Shown one piece after another: positions 50,276 through 61,115 of a stretch of 64,000 nucleotides of DNA (positions are counted from its first letter, which is position 1; each line of letters starts with the position of its first letter). The stretch comes from Lophium mytilinum. Lineage: Eukaryota. The DNA lies in contig MU004181.1 in assembly GCA_010093605.1 (NCBI GenBank), forward strand, positions 2,914,001-2,978,000. The letters are read 5' to 3'. A program made the translations under genes and the position numbers. Below the pieces are notes generated by a model. The model saw only the letters and a program-made list of their open reading frames with translations, searched no databases and was not told the DNA's origin.

Positions 50276-51216
50276 AGCTCCGAAGATGTGGGTTGATAAA
50301 AGAAATCCTCGGAGGTAGGCAGGAATGACGGAAAAGAATGCGCTCTCCGTGGTGACCGGGTCGAGATGCAGACCTGTGAGGAAGGCGTGGTCTGTATTGA
50401 TCTACGGGTAAGGCGTAGATATAGGTGTCTCCAAGCCGAAGTCGTATATCATTGCGCCACAATAAGCGGCACGTACGTATATCAATCTCTTCGGCACCGA
50501 AACAAGCGGCCGGAATGAGGCATGGTGGGCACCACATCAAATTGAATCCTACCTCCTACATAAATCAGAGAATCTTATTCTGAAAGTTCATAGCATGAGT
50601 TGAGTGAAGGGACTTTACCTCTGTTCATTATGAAAACATTTGCAACATATTTAGATGAGTTGTATATATTTTAGTGGGGTTCGTGTGATGCTTTATTCCA
50701 GCCCATTATTTCGGCGCCGAAGAGTCAATATACCGTAAAAATCCGTTGAGGAAGCAGTACAATAGAGAAGGCTTTTCTTTCAGTCAGGCCATCCACTAGA
50801 ACGCGGCTTTTTCGTGGAGTAAGAAAAGATATGTGCTCCGATGGCTCCCGTTATTTACACCGCCCTACTGTCACATGCACAGATTATTACTCGATCTCAA
50901 GCATTTTTAAAGTATCTCAGATGAGGTAAGAGTTTTAAATCGGCGGAGAAGGCATAATAAGTTGCGATGATTTCTGCATTAATAACGTAGGTAGGTCTAT
51001 CTAGCACAGATGCAAAACTAGAGTCTTGGCATCAGATGAACCTTTCAATTGGGCCGGGGTGGTTGGCTTACGAAAAATTTCTGTCAGCAGCGCCAGCAAC
51101 GCACAACGCAGGGTGGAGGTATGATTTTCAGGGTCCAGGAAGGTCGAACCCATGATAATCAAATTATATTACTATATGTATTTTTTTAGTGCTGCATACC
51201 TCAATAACAACGTCAA

Positions 51217-51296
51217 GACTGAGTGGTTTAGTGGTAAAATTAGCCGTTGCCATGTGCACTATCGGCTAGCCCCGGGTTCGATTCCCGGCTCAGTCA
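51217..51296 (+). tRNA. tRNA-Gly(GCC) with 9-nt intron
   Basis: Acceptor GACTGAG/CTCAGTC-A, D arm TGGTTTAGTGGTAAAAT, anticodon arm AGCCG-TTGCCA[TGTGCACTA]T-CGGCT, T arm CCGGG-TTCGATT-CCCGG, downstream TTTT. Confidence 0.9.
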
Positions 51297-51880
51297 ATCT
51301 TCTTTTGCATCTTGGAAGCTCCTGGAGCATATCTTTCACATCGTTGGCCTCTTAGAGGCATCGTGGTAGTGTTTCACGTTCTTTTTGCCTAAGCAGGGGA
51401 GGTTCAATGACAAGTTAAGTGGAAGAAAGTGCGGGAAGCCTTTGGCGCACCACCACGGCCAAAATTCGAGATCAATCCTCTCGTCTGTCGCTGCAAAACG
51501 CGGCCTACCAAGTAATCATCATTGCTGGTTTACCGTGTATATACTTGTTCCATTTTTTAAACGTCGTCAGTCTCCGACTTGGCCACATTGCCCTCGTACT
51601 GGCTATTCTCAGACTGATATTTGCATCTGAAAGAGTATGGAGCAGAGGGCAACGCAATGCACACAGTCAACATAGACACGCTTATTGGATCCTCTACTTC
51701 TCGCCGCCTGCATAGACGCCATCGACGAGTTTAGAAATCCCCTTTTCAATTTGGAAGACATTCGCAGTGGCAGAGCCGGACCTGGAAATGTCAAAAGCAG
51801 TCCAGTGATATATCAGCCTCCATCAAACGCTTTTATAAACCGAATTGTCATGAGTATGCCACGTTCTCCGGATGGTTGCT

Positions 51881-52460
51881 CTAGGCTCCTTTCTTTCCAA
51901 GATCGTGACCGTTCATTGCAGCTTCATAACACAGATTACGAGTTGCTTCGAACATCTCAAAGTGATGCCTTCAGCCTCGAGTCGTTGTTTGCCGTAATTG
52001 TCAACAATGAACGTATTAGGCTCCGGGATTCCGACATAAACCGTCCTGAGTTTTTCCTTCAGTGCCACAATCCGATCGCAGCACGTACGGTTGCCGCTGA
52101 GCCTGGCGTTGCACGGTCCCATGTTGGTATACAGAACTATATTCGCGGGAAGCAGGTCTTCTATGCGCTCCTCAGCACACCTGCGGAAAGATGGTGCTTC
52201 TGAGCAATTTTGATGAAACAACATTGCTCTGCATGCGTGCTTCCCGAATCGCCTTCCATGTAGCCAGGTAATTCGATGGAATATCCTGTCGATGAGACTT
52301 CTCCAGTGTGGCCGTTGGCGAGCACAGCGCCGACGCAAAATCTATCGGGACCTGGGGGCGGGGCGATAGGCGAACCTGTTGCATATCATATTTCATGAAA
52401 GCATTGTGGTCGCCTGGAGCGATCTGAGGATGAGTGGCATTCGCCGTGAAGCTGTGCCTT
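51881..52460 (-). pseudogene. Cytidine-deaminase-fold (DRAP/Rib2-like deaminase domain) gene with about 3 frameshifts
   Basis: Joined frames: HPQIAPGDHNAFMKY / [28 protein letters not shown] / VLYTNMGPCNARLSGNRTCCDRI..VYVGIPEP / ..AMNGH; HAE and PC..C zinc motifs. Confidence 0.8.
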
Positions 52461-53144
52461 GAGGTCCCGAGATGTTGTCGACTAGGCAGAACCTATGAGT
52501 TTTTTTAGGGGTACGAAGTAGCTCGCTATCGGACAGGGGCTTTAAAAATACTCTAACTGTTGCACTAAACCTCTCTGTTTCAAGGTTTTTATTACAAAGG
52601 GTGCGGCGCGGAGCTCAATCCGATCTCCACCAGCTACGCGAGGCGAGGAACATCAAAACCACCAGTTTTCGGTATCTTAGAAGAGCTACACCACAACAAT
52701 TACCGCGACCAGATACAATCTAAATTCGTAGAAGTATCTTTTGGTGCTTCTTGATAATATTGTTCGAAGAAAGTAAAATTATTGACCGATGGTGGGTGGT
52801 GCAAAGCAAATTTTGAGATTTGGGTGAGATGCTTACGTAACCGGATTATGCTCTGGGCCGCACCCTTTGTACAGGATCTTGCAACAACATTAGGGGTTTC
52901 GATATTTTCAATGAACTTACACACCTTTATCATACGACAGTCCTAGGTCCCTACTTCCTAAGTCCTAAAGATCACACGCCTACTACCCTCTGTTGCGCGT
53001 TGATCAGCACTACTGGCACATTCTTTGCTGTGGAAAATGAGGATCCGTGCATCGGCGTTCGGAGAAACTAATTGATCCTAAAAGAGCCAAAGAGGCCGCG
53101 ACCTGCACCCATTAACGACTATTGCAGCCGATTCGGCTCTAGTT

Positions 53145-54524
53145 ATGACCTATCTACTACCGACGCATCTTTCTCTATCTTGTAGTGATCCCCTAGGAAT
53201 TTGCGATGAAGAGGATCCAACCCAAGCCGACGTACTTAGCCAGCTTATTCACGAAGCGCGTATCGCCCCAGGAGTCTCATCTCTCGCTACTTTGATTGAG
53301 GACATCGCTTACTCTATACATGGAAATGGAAGACTGGATACATCTCATCTACGCTATCTTCTTCGCACTAATTGGACAGACCAATACGTTGCTGCTCTAC
53401 AGAATCTGTTAGAATCGGCTCTACGTGTTCCCGATCTGTTCGACAAAAGCGCGCTCAATACACTGAATGGCCCTAATATATCTTCCACGATACCAAACTT
53501 TCCTTCAAGTTCATCAGTTGTGCAGTTCACTGGTCCCCAAATAAATGCTTTGCTTGCACACCAATTCCTCGGAACTTTATCTCAACCAGCAGGAAATACA
53601 TGGGGACTTCCTTGCTTCACGTCCTGGTTTTCTGGAGGTGCTGCACATGAGAATGCTGTTGATGGCTATTTGGCAACAATCCTACGCCATTTCGAGCATG
53701 GGGGATACGACGAGTCGGCCAGTTTCTCTTTCCTGATGCAAAAGGCTGACCCGATGCCCAATCCCTCACAGTGCGAGGCCATCCCAGATCTTGAACTGGT
53801 TGTAGTATTCGAAGAATCCGAAACATCTAGCTCGAACTCTGAGATAGAGTCTCCTTTTGTTCTTGTTGCAGCTCATTCACAACCTGGCCCTGGACCGACG
53901 GCCACGCACGAGGAACGCCTCCAGTCCGCGTCACCTGCGTTGAGTATATCAGCCTTAGTCTCGCCTATCATTCCTCCCGACGCTGCTGTTATTACTTCGG
54001 CCTTCCCGCTCCACGCCGCGTGGAAAGGTCATAACCGTACTGCACGGCTCGAATGCCTAATCCCTCCGTTGTCACGCCCCAAGCGTCACTATATACTTGC
54101 AGACGCTCTTCCATTAGACGAGGCGGATGATGTAGAAGGTGGTGGCTTGAGAGATCTACAGGCGGGTCGCATGTTACGAGAGGTCCGGAAACTTTTCGCA
54201 GCGTTTGAGGGCTCAAAGGTGATGTGGTCACAGGCCGAACAGCTTTCTTCAGCTCCGTGCGTTGTAAAAGCGGTGGCATGGGGCTGTCAGGCTTTTGGGG
54301 GGAACGTGCTAGCAAAATGTGTATGCATGATGATCGCAGCAGGACTCTCCGGAGTCCACGTAGATCTTTCGCTGCTGGAGAATCGTGGTGAAGATATCGA
54401 AGCCGTGAAGGAGGTCCTATCAAGGAAGCACTCCGTTTCAGAGCTTTGGAAGATAGTCGAAAGTCCCGAAGTTTGCCATTGTAGAGACAGTGCTGAGCTG
54501 AAAGAATTCATTTTGTCTCATTAA
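53145..54524 (+). CDS. Poly(ADP-ribose) glycohydrolase (PARG)-like macrodomain protein
   Basis: QINALLAHQFLGTL, catalytic-loop-like PGPGPTATHEER, LADAL, REVRKLFAAF, WGCQAFGG. Confidence 0.8.
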   Translation: MTYLLPTHLSLSCSDPLGICDEEDPTQADVLSQLIHEARIAPGVSSLATLIEDIAYSIHGNGRLDTSHLRYLLRTNWTDQYVAALQNLLESALRVPDLFDKSALNTLNGPNISSTIPNFPSSSSVVQFTGPQINALLAHQFLGTLSQPAGNTWGLPCFTSWFSGGAAHENAVDGYLATILRHFEHGGYDESASFSFLMQKADPMPNPSQCEAIPDLELVVVFEESETSSSNSEIESPFVLVAAHSQPGPGPTATHEERLQSASPALSISALVSPIIPPDAAVITSAFPLHAAWKGHNRTARLECLIPPLSRPKRHYILADALPLDEADDVEGGGLRDLQAGRMLREVRKLFAAFEGSKVMWSQAEQLSSAPCVVKAVAWGCQAFGGNVLAKCVCMMIAAGLSGVHVDLSLLENRGEDIEAVKEVLSRKHSVSELWKIVESPEVCHCRDSAELKEFILSH

Positions 54525-54736
54525 CGGTAAAGTATATCCCTCCTCCGTCCTTTTGTACTGTACTAAAAGGATTTTGAGCAATGAAATTAGCGTTTAGAAC
54601 GAATGAGAATTGTTCTCTATTGATATTCCACACCATCGAAACAGTGTTAATAACGCTTAGGAGTGATTTTTCGTGAGGTAGAGAGTTTGTTCTGGTACGT
54701 CTGGCTCGTTATTGGATATTGCTCATGAGGTCATAA

Positions 54737-55519
54737 ATGTCTAGTCACAACCAATTCACGATCTCAACCTTACCAAGTTCAATCGTAAAAACGGTCTCTG
54801 AACAGACGAAAGACGCAATCATCATTGCCCTTCCTCTCATCAAAACACTTTTGCCTCTTCCACAGGAACTCAGAGAACTAATTTACCCAAAGGTTTACGC
54901 AGACCACCCCCGAAAGCTCCCCCGATGCCATCTTCCATACATCGGAGTCGTCTACAGCGGACGACCAACGCGATTGGAAGAACTCTATCCTCTACTATAC
55001 ATCTCCAGAGAGATACGGGAGGAAGTGCTGTGGACTTGTCTCTCCGAAACAGTCTTCAAAATGTCTCTCAATGAAAATAAGGTGTCTCAAGAAACTATCG
55101 AAGGCTAGCTGGACCGATAGCTCTCCATTCTCAAAGCGCCAATAGTACCGGCAGCGAGTTGTCTACGCATTATGGACCTCTTCTTCACGTTCTGCAACCC
55201 GGGGGATGAAAACGAGTCCAAGAACGTGAATGAAGGTCACTCCATGTCCCCTCCGCTGGAGTCTCTCGACCCTATGAACGCCGGAGACTGGGCGTTTGAG
55301 ATCAGGATTAAGAAAGAGATCTGTAAGGTGACGTGCCCACGTGGAGCGATCAACGATAGAGTCAGGCGTGTCATGGCTCATGCTCAAGGGCAGCTTCAGC
55401 AGGCTATCGATATCAAAGAAGTTGAGGAACCAGGATTGAGTGTGGAGGATTGGGAGGAGGCTATTTCCGTGATGTATACTGAGATGCAGGGAGGCATGCC
55501 CACAGCACCTGGTTCGTGA
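54737..55519 (+). pseudogene. Hypothetical protein (LPLPQELRELIY F-box/2EXR-like start) interrupted by two in-frame TAG
   Basis: ORFs 54737-55108 and 55172-55519 are in the same frame, joined by EG*LDR*LSILKAPIVPAASCLRIMD. Confidence 0.6.
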
Positions 55520-55727
55520 TCAGAATCTGCTGGTGCGCATAGGCGGTGGACTCGCGAAGGCAATTGTTTAGCAATATGGGTTTGTATTTCACGAGGCAAT
55601 TTCTGATGTCCCACGAGACTACTGATCAGGTAGCAATCTGGTGCTTCCTACTCTGCTGAATATCGCTTTGGTCTTTTGTCTATGAGGAAGCTGGACAACG
55701 CCTCGCCGAGCCGTTCACCTCGCAATC

Positions 55728-57211
55728 CTACTTCCGTCCCTGGAAGATGTACCGGAAGTGGTTCATGTAAAAAAACGAATGCTCAGGCCCCTCCAGGAAA
55801 TCCGGCGTGGGCATGAGTCCTCTCCATCTGTTCACTTCCGGCCGCGAAATGACATTCGCGCCATAGCCATCCAACTCCGCAATCTCTTCTTTGGCTTCGC
55901 GCTCATTATAAGTCGTGCAAAGTATCAATGTCTCTAGGTCAAGCAGCGCTTTCGTGGTTGGTGCCCAGTCCGATTGTTCAGCTTGAGACCGTCCACTATG
56001 GAATAGCACCGCCATATCTGGCTGCGCAGATTCCGCCCGCTGAACGAAGTCGTGATAGAAGCCGCGAAAAGACTGCATAGATCGCTTGCGACCCGCTTTC
56101 TGGCAGTCTGGGCAGCACTTGAGATCCATTTCTTGTGATAAGATGTCTTCTCCTATCAGACCATACGAGTTTGGGCCCGCGCAGAGTATGCGTAGCGATT
56201 TGAGGGCGGGGAGGAGGTGGAGTAGCTCTTCGAAGAGAGCTATGTTGCGCCATTCTCGAGCTGTTGGTCCAACGAAATGCAAATACAGGCTTGTCTTTTT
56301 TGCAAGGTCCGGTACGGAGTCTTCGAGTGCTGCGAGAATCGTAATTGGCATCGTCATGACATCGGTTGCGAGAATGTGATGGAGGCGTATCCGCTCTGGT
56401 ACTGAAGACTCAAAGTCCGGAGCCAATGGCTTCAGTAAGCTAAAGCTGGGCGTGGTGGCGATTTTGTCGATAATGGCTCCGTCAGAGAGGTCTTTGTAGT
56501 ATTTCTCCCAGCTATCGTAAGTAGCGAGGGGTTCATAAGTGCTTCTAGGTTTCTGAGTCGGTTGTGACGGTGTTGCTTCCCCGGTGAGTTCGAAGCAGTC
56601 GATGCGGAAGCGTTCGAGCTGATTGAAATTGTGATTGTCTTTACACACTTTCTTGGAATGGGAGTTCTTCGCTGGGCAGGTCTGACACGTAGATACCCGC
56701 AGGCAAGACGAACATGCCGAAAACTTGGACCAACCAGTATTTGCTTCGCTGCGATGACAGACCACACAGTACACTTGTGCTCTTCGCTAATAATCAGCGA
56801 AACCCTGGACCATAAAATTGCGGAGAGGTGACTTCAAAGGCACGTGACTTACTGTATCATATCCTGGACAGCTGGTGGCACGTCTTGTGTCGATTTGAGC
56901 CACTGAAGTTTGGAATACAAGCTGTCTCGATATAGATCCCAGGACCTGTTCGGCGCGGCCTCTTTCTCCTCAATGGCATTGATTTCCTTCAGCAGTTTAC
57001 ACTGCGTTTTGTGACCAATTTTCCAATCGCTTACTTGACATTGCTTAGAGCAATACACAGCGCGCTTACAGGCACCGCATTTCGAAAGCTTTTCAGCTGA
57101 CTTGCAGCATCGAAAGCAAAGGTGGCCCTTGATTGCTAGTGTTGGTATGCTGGGAACAAGGACCTGATCTCTTTGCATCAGCTGCTCGCGATTGGCCATG
57201 CGAGAAGCCAT
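55728..57211 (-). CDS. MYND zinc-finger protein with MSS51-C-like domain, 2 exons
   Basis: CFRC..LSKCGACKRAVYCSKQCQVSDWKIGHKTQC; LHFVGP, FEELLHLLP, PDMAVLFHSG. Confidence 0.85.
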
Positions 57212-57674
57212 GATGCTGATTATTGTGGCCGAGACGATGGGTATGAGCTGCAAAACCGTTAGCTCGGCGTTGGAATGAGCGTGCAGCTGGATGTGCCTGA
57301 GTTGGGAGGAACGACGATTACGTTGGCGTCTTCTACCCAGCAGGCTAGTACGTGGTTAGGTCCACTATTCTGAAGTGCACGCTAAATGTAGACAGGGCTA
57401 CTCCACCCGAGCCAATAGAACGAACAGCGTCAAGATGCTTATCGAATTATACACAGTAGCCAGCGAAAAGAGTGAATTCGCACAGATAGGCAGCTCAATA
57501 GAAGATACAATATTACGGGACTCTCAAGCAGCATACCCAGGCTACTCTATAAGGTCAGACACAAAGCATGCTAATCAACTCTAGAAGCGAAATAATCATA
57601 TCGAAATATATGCTACTATTCTAAAGCTCAAGCCAAAATCAGCTCAACGTCACAGAGGCCGGTTTGGGAGCACC

Positions 57675-58727
57675 TCAACGCCAACGAACCACCCTCGCAT
57701 ACTCATGAGCCCTCTCAGAATAATCACTCCAATGCCCGGTCATTGGACGAAAATCATAGCCTACTCGATAACCCTGAAAAGGCACATTCTTGCCCAAGAG
57801 GTCGGCGGAGAAACGTCCATCGAATGTTGTGCAAGCAGCGTCGAGGAAATCGATATATCCAGTGTTGCTGTTGAAGTAATCTACCTGAATCTCGCCTTCG
57901 CCTGTCTCGCGGCCGCGCCACTTGAGGTAGAGACGACGAGTCTGCTCAGTCGAAGTCGACTTGACTCTTTTGGCGGTAGAGTTGGTTGCGGTTGAAGGGG
58001 CCTGGCGTTTGTTACTAGGTGGATTCAAGGCAGTCCGCTCGTCGTCTTCAACGCTTTCGTCTTCGTCCTCTTCTTCAGAACCGCTATCTTCTCTATCTAA
58101 CAACGCTGCTTCGCTCACGTCGAATCGCATGATGCCTTCGAGAACCGCAAAGTCGAACGAGCCGACTAAACCCCCTGGAGCTTCCGTTATACTGAGATGC
58201 ATAGGGCCATCGAGCTCATCATACCCCGTGGCTTTGTCGCATTGGACAACGTATGAACCTGTTGCGCATTCGGCAGAGAAACTTTGGTCCTCGGCAGATA
58301 CCGTCAGACTTTTGACGAAGGAGTCGTGTGTCTTCATCGATTCGGCCCACTCGGCATCCTTCTTGTTCTCGCGGTCAGCCCGCTGTGCTTTGTCGATGTT
58401 GCCTGCTTCTGCCCAAACGGCACTCCTACTCCATCCAATGACCAACGTCCGCACATTGCCTTGCCCACCGCTGTGTGTCTCTAGTCCAGGTACCTCTTCA
58501 GCCCTAGCATGCATGTCGTACCTGTCGTTGTACCCCGTGAGGACTAAAGGCCGAGACATTTTTGACCTATCGGGCATTTCGTTCTCATCGAGGAAGTACT
58601 TGCGCATGAACAATTCCATATCGTAGCTGGCCTCCTGGCCAGGTGTTTCAAGTCTCTTGAATGCTTCCGCTTTCATCTTCTCTCTCTCCGCGATGAGGTT
58701 TCCAACACGTTTATTTTCGAGAGCCAT
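57675..58727 (-). CDS. Conserved fungal hypothetical protein
   Basis: 350 aa single-exon ORF; FDFAVLEGIM, acidic linker, WRGRETGEGEI, terminal YARVVRWR. Confidence 0.75.
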   Translation of the reverse strand: MALENKRVGNLIAEREKMKAEAFKRLETPGQEASYDMELFMRKYFLDENEMPDRSKMSRPLVLTGYNDRYDMHARAEEVPGLETHSGGQGNVRTLVIGWSRSAVWAEAGNIDKAQRADRENKKDAEWAESMKTHDSFVKSLTVSAEDQSFSAECATGSYVVQCDKATGYDELDGPMHLSITEAPGGLVGSFDFAVLEGIMRFDVSEAALLDREDSGSEEEDEDESVEDDERTALNPPSNKRQAPSTATNSTAKRVKSTSTEQTRRLYLKWRGRETGEGEIQVDYFNSNTGYIDFLDAACTTFDGRFSADLLGKNVPFQGYRVGYDFRPMTGHWSDYSERAHEYARVVRWR

Positions 58728-59591
58728 GTGGGGATTGTTTTTCGTGTTGTATTGAGCGGCAAGTGTGGTCTCAAGGTCGCGAATATGTTGGGGAACAGTA
58801 TCGCACTTTCACAATCTATCATCAGAGAAGACCACCGAGCCAGGGAAAATGGACTAACCTTCTCTTCCTTCACACTGCAGCCTAGAAGCCCCTTCATTTC
58901 ATACACTAGAGCTCTTGGAGGGATGGCAACACCGTAATGGGTCAATTGCGCGAATAGCCAGTCTCCCCGAGTGATACTCTTTGCTTCTTTCTCTACGTAT
59001 TTCTAGGCCCGTACACCCTTAATCTCATCAGTGAATAGAAGGTATCGGAGCCTGGCAGCGTGCGTTGACACGCTGGTGGCGTTTCACGGTAAAACCGTCG
59101 CTGCCGTACGAGAATAGACCGCTCGTCAGAGGCGGCAAAGGCACCGCCTGGGTGGTCATCTTCCTTTTTGATCTGAAGGATGCAAAGTCGACAAGACTTT
59201 GAGGATATTGATGGACGTGACATTCAGGAGAGAGACACGAAAGGCCTTTATGAATAGGTATCGGAGATTTGCAGCATGTTGTGCTAGTGTGGCGTGCTTG
59301 GCGGAAACGCGCAATCGCCTGGGCACGTGAAATGCCTGAAACCATCTTATCGAATCCATGAATCATCGTTCTTTCTATATTTTTGTTCAGGCACGCAATT
59401 TACGATCATTTGACCTCGTTGTATGACACGAGTATCAAGAGGATTCTATCTTGAGTCTGACGCTAAGAAATACAGAATGGCTCCTGACTAGCAAAGAGCA
59501 AATACAAACATGGATTACGATGTTATGTTTACGTTCGCCAAGTCACACAGTATTACCAACAATAGAAGCCGTACAAGTAGGTATCAAAGAA

Positions 59592-60813
59592 CTAGTTGAG
59601 GAGAGAGGGCTTGGACTCGTCCGACACGGTCGTTTCTGCTTCTCCTTCTTCTTTCTTTGACTCAACCACGGGCGCGGCCTCGTCCAACATCTTTTCCGCG
59701 AATACGACTTCTTCAAGCTTAGGCTCGGCTTGCTGTTCATCTTGCACAGGCTCCGGCGCTGCCTCCTCGTCATCTTCGACAATCAACAAAGCGGCTTCGG
59801 GGTCGTCGATAGCCCTCTTCGCCTTGCGCCTCTGGTTGATGCGGCGTTTCAAGACAATGAGGACGATGGCCAACGCAGCAAGGAGAAACGAGTGATCAGA
59901 GATCCAGTCCCCAGTTTCTCCAATAGTTTTATTCCAGGTCCACTTGAGGGTACCGATATGGCCATAGTAGTCCCATTCCGTGAACCTGAAGACTTGGGTG
60001 AACCTAGGCGCTTCTTTTCCACATGGCATGATCGCATGTGTCATCTTTTCGCCCTGCTCTACGAGCTCAATGCTCTTGATCTTGAGGCCCTCCTGGATGT
60101 TCTCGTGGCTCAGCTTCAGCTGGATCAATTTCTGCTTGGGCTGGTTCAGCAGGGCGACGCCGGGGTTTTCGCCTCGGATTTCAGCGTGCGTGATATCGAA
60201 CTGGAGAAGCTGGACGAGACGCTCATTTGTCATCATGGTCGTATGCTCGAACGAAATCTCGAAGCTGCCGTATTGAGTGCCGACCATCCAGGAAGAATCC
60301 ATCATCCTCATATCGACCATTTTGTGCATAACGTTGGCCGACAAGTTTGCGGGAACTTGGAATGAATAGATTTTGGCAGGTAAGGCGAGGGGGTAGATTT
60401 GTCTGCCATTTACGAGAAGAGAATGCTTGTCCTCTGCGATAGAGAAGTTGAATAGCTAAGCAGAGTCAATGATGTTCAAAAACACGTCCGCGAGCCGTGC
60501 TGAAAGGATATTCTCTCACCAAAGAGTTATCCTGCGGATTCTCCTGCCAGTGCTCACCCCTCACTCCATATTCGCGGACCCGGAACGGGCAGCCCAAACA
60601 CTCGAGCTTCACGACATAGTTGTCGTGCTCGTGAACCGTTGTGATAGGCGCCGCGATTTCTGGCAATGGGAGTCCGAGTTCCTTCAACTCGTCGGCAGTG
60701 TTCTCGGGATAGTAACTCCACTGATAGTCTCTCCAGTCATCGGACGTAGGTCCAAGATGGGATGCCAGCGCTCCGGCAGCGAAGAATGAAGCGAGTGACA
60801 AGAAGGAACGCAT
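59592..60813 (-). CDS. Secreted/type I membrane hypothetical protein, 2 exons
   Basis: Signal peptide MRSFLSLASFFAAGALA, KLECLGCPF, intron about 60518-60457, single TM followed by a basic stop-transfer segment and an acidic tail. Confidence 0.75.
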
Positions 60814-61115
60814 TATGTTTAAGAAAAGAGGTTGAACTGTAAGGGGAGGAGGGAGTGGAGGGAGCAGAGATGGATGCTGACAACCCGGGCCAGGAGGCAC
60901 GCGAGGTTGGAGGGGCGAGACTGGTATGGCCTAGCCCCTGTTTCTAAATTTAGACCCTACGCGGCCTCGATGTCGTATTCACAGACAAGCAACGATTTTA
61001 GACAATAATATCGTTCAAGATGGCACGTGGTTATGATCCTACCAAACACTGAAAATGCTCGCCGTAGAATAAAACAAGCCGCAAAACGTCCCAAGCAGTA
61101 GAATTGGCGATGAGC

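Noticed and set aside
51685..52203. 172-aa plus-strand ORF
   Set aside because: Antisense to the deaminase pseudogene, non-ATG start, no motifs
30806..55125. Alternative genetic code or stop-codon reassignment explaining the internal stops
   Set aside because: TGA, TAG and TAA all end conserved genes here (URM1 TGA, ELP2 TAG, PARG-like TAA), and several damaged genes also carry frameshifts
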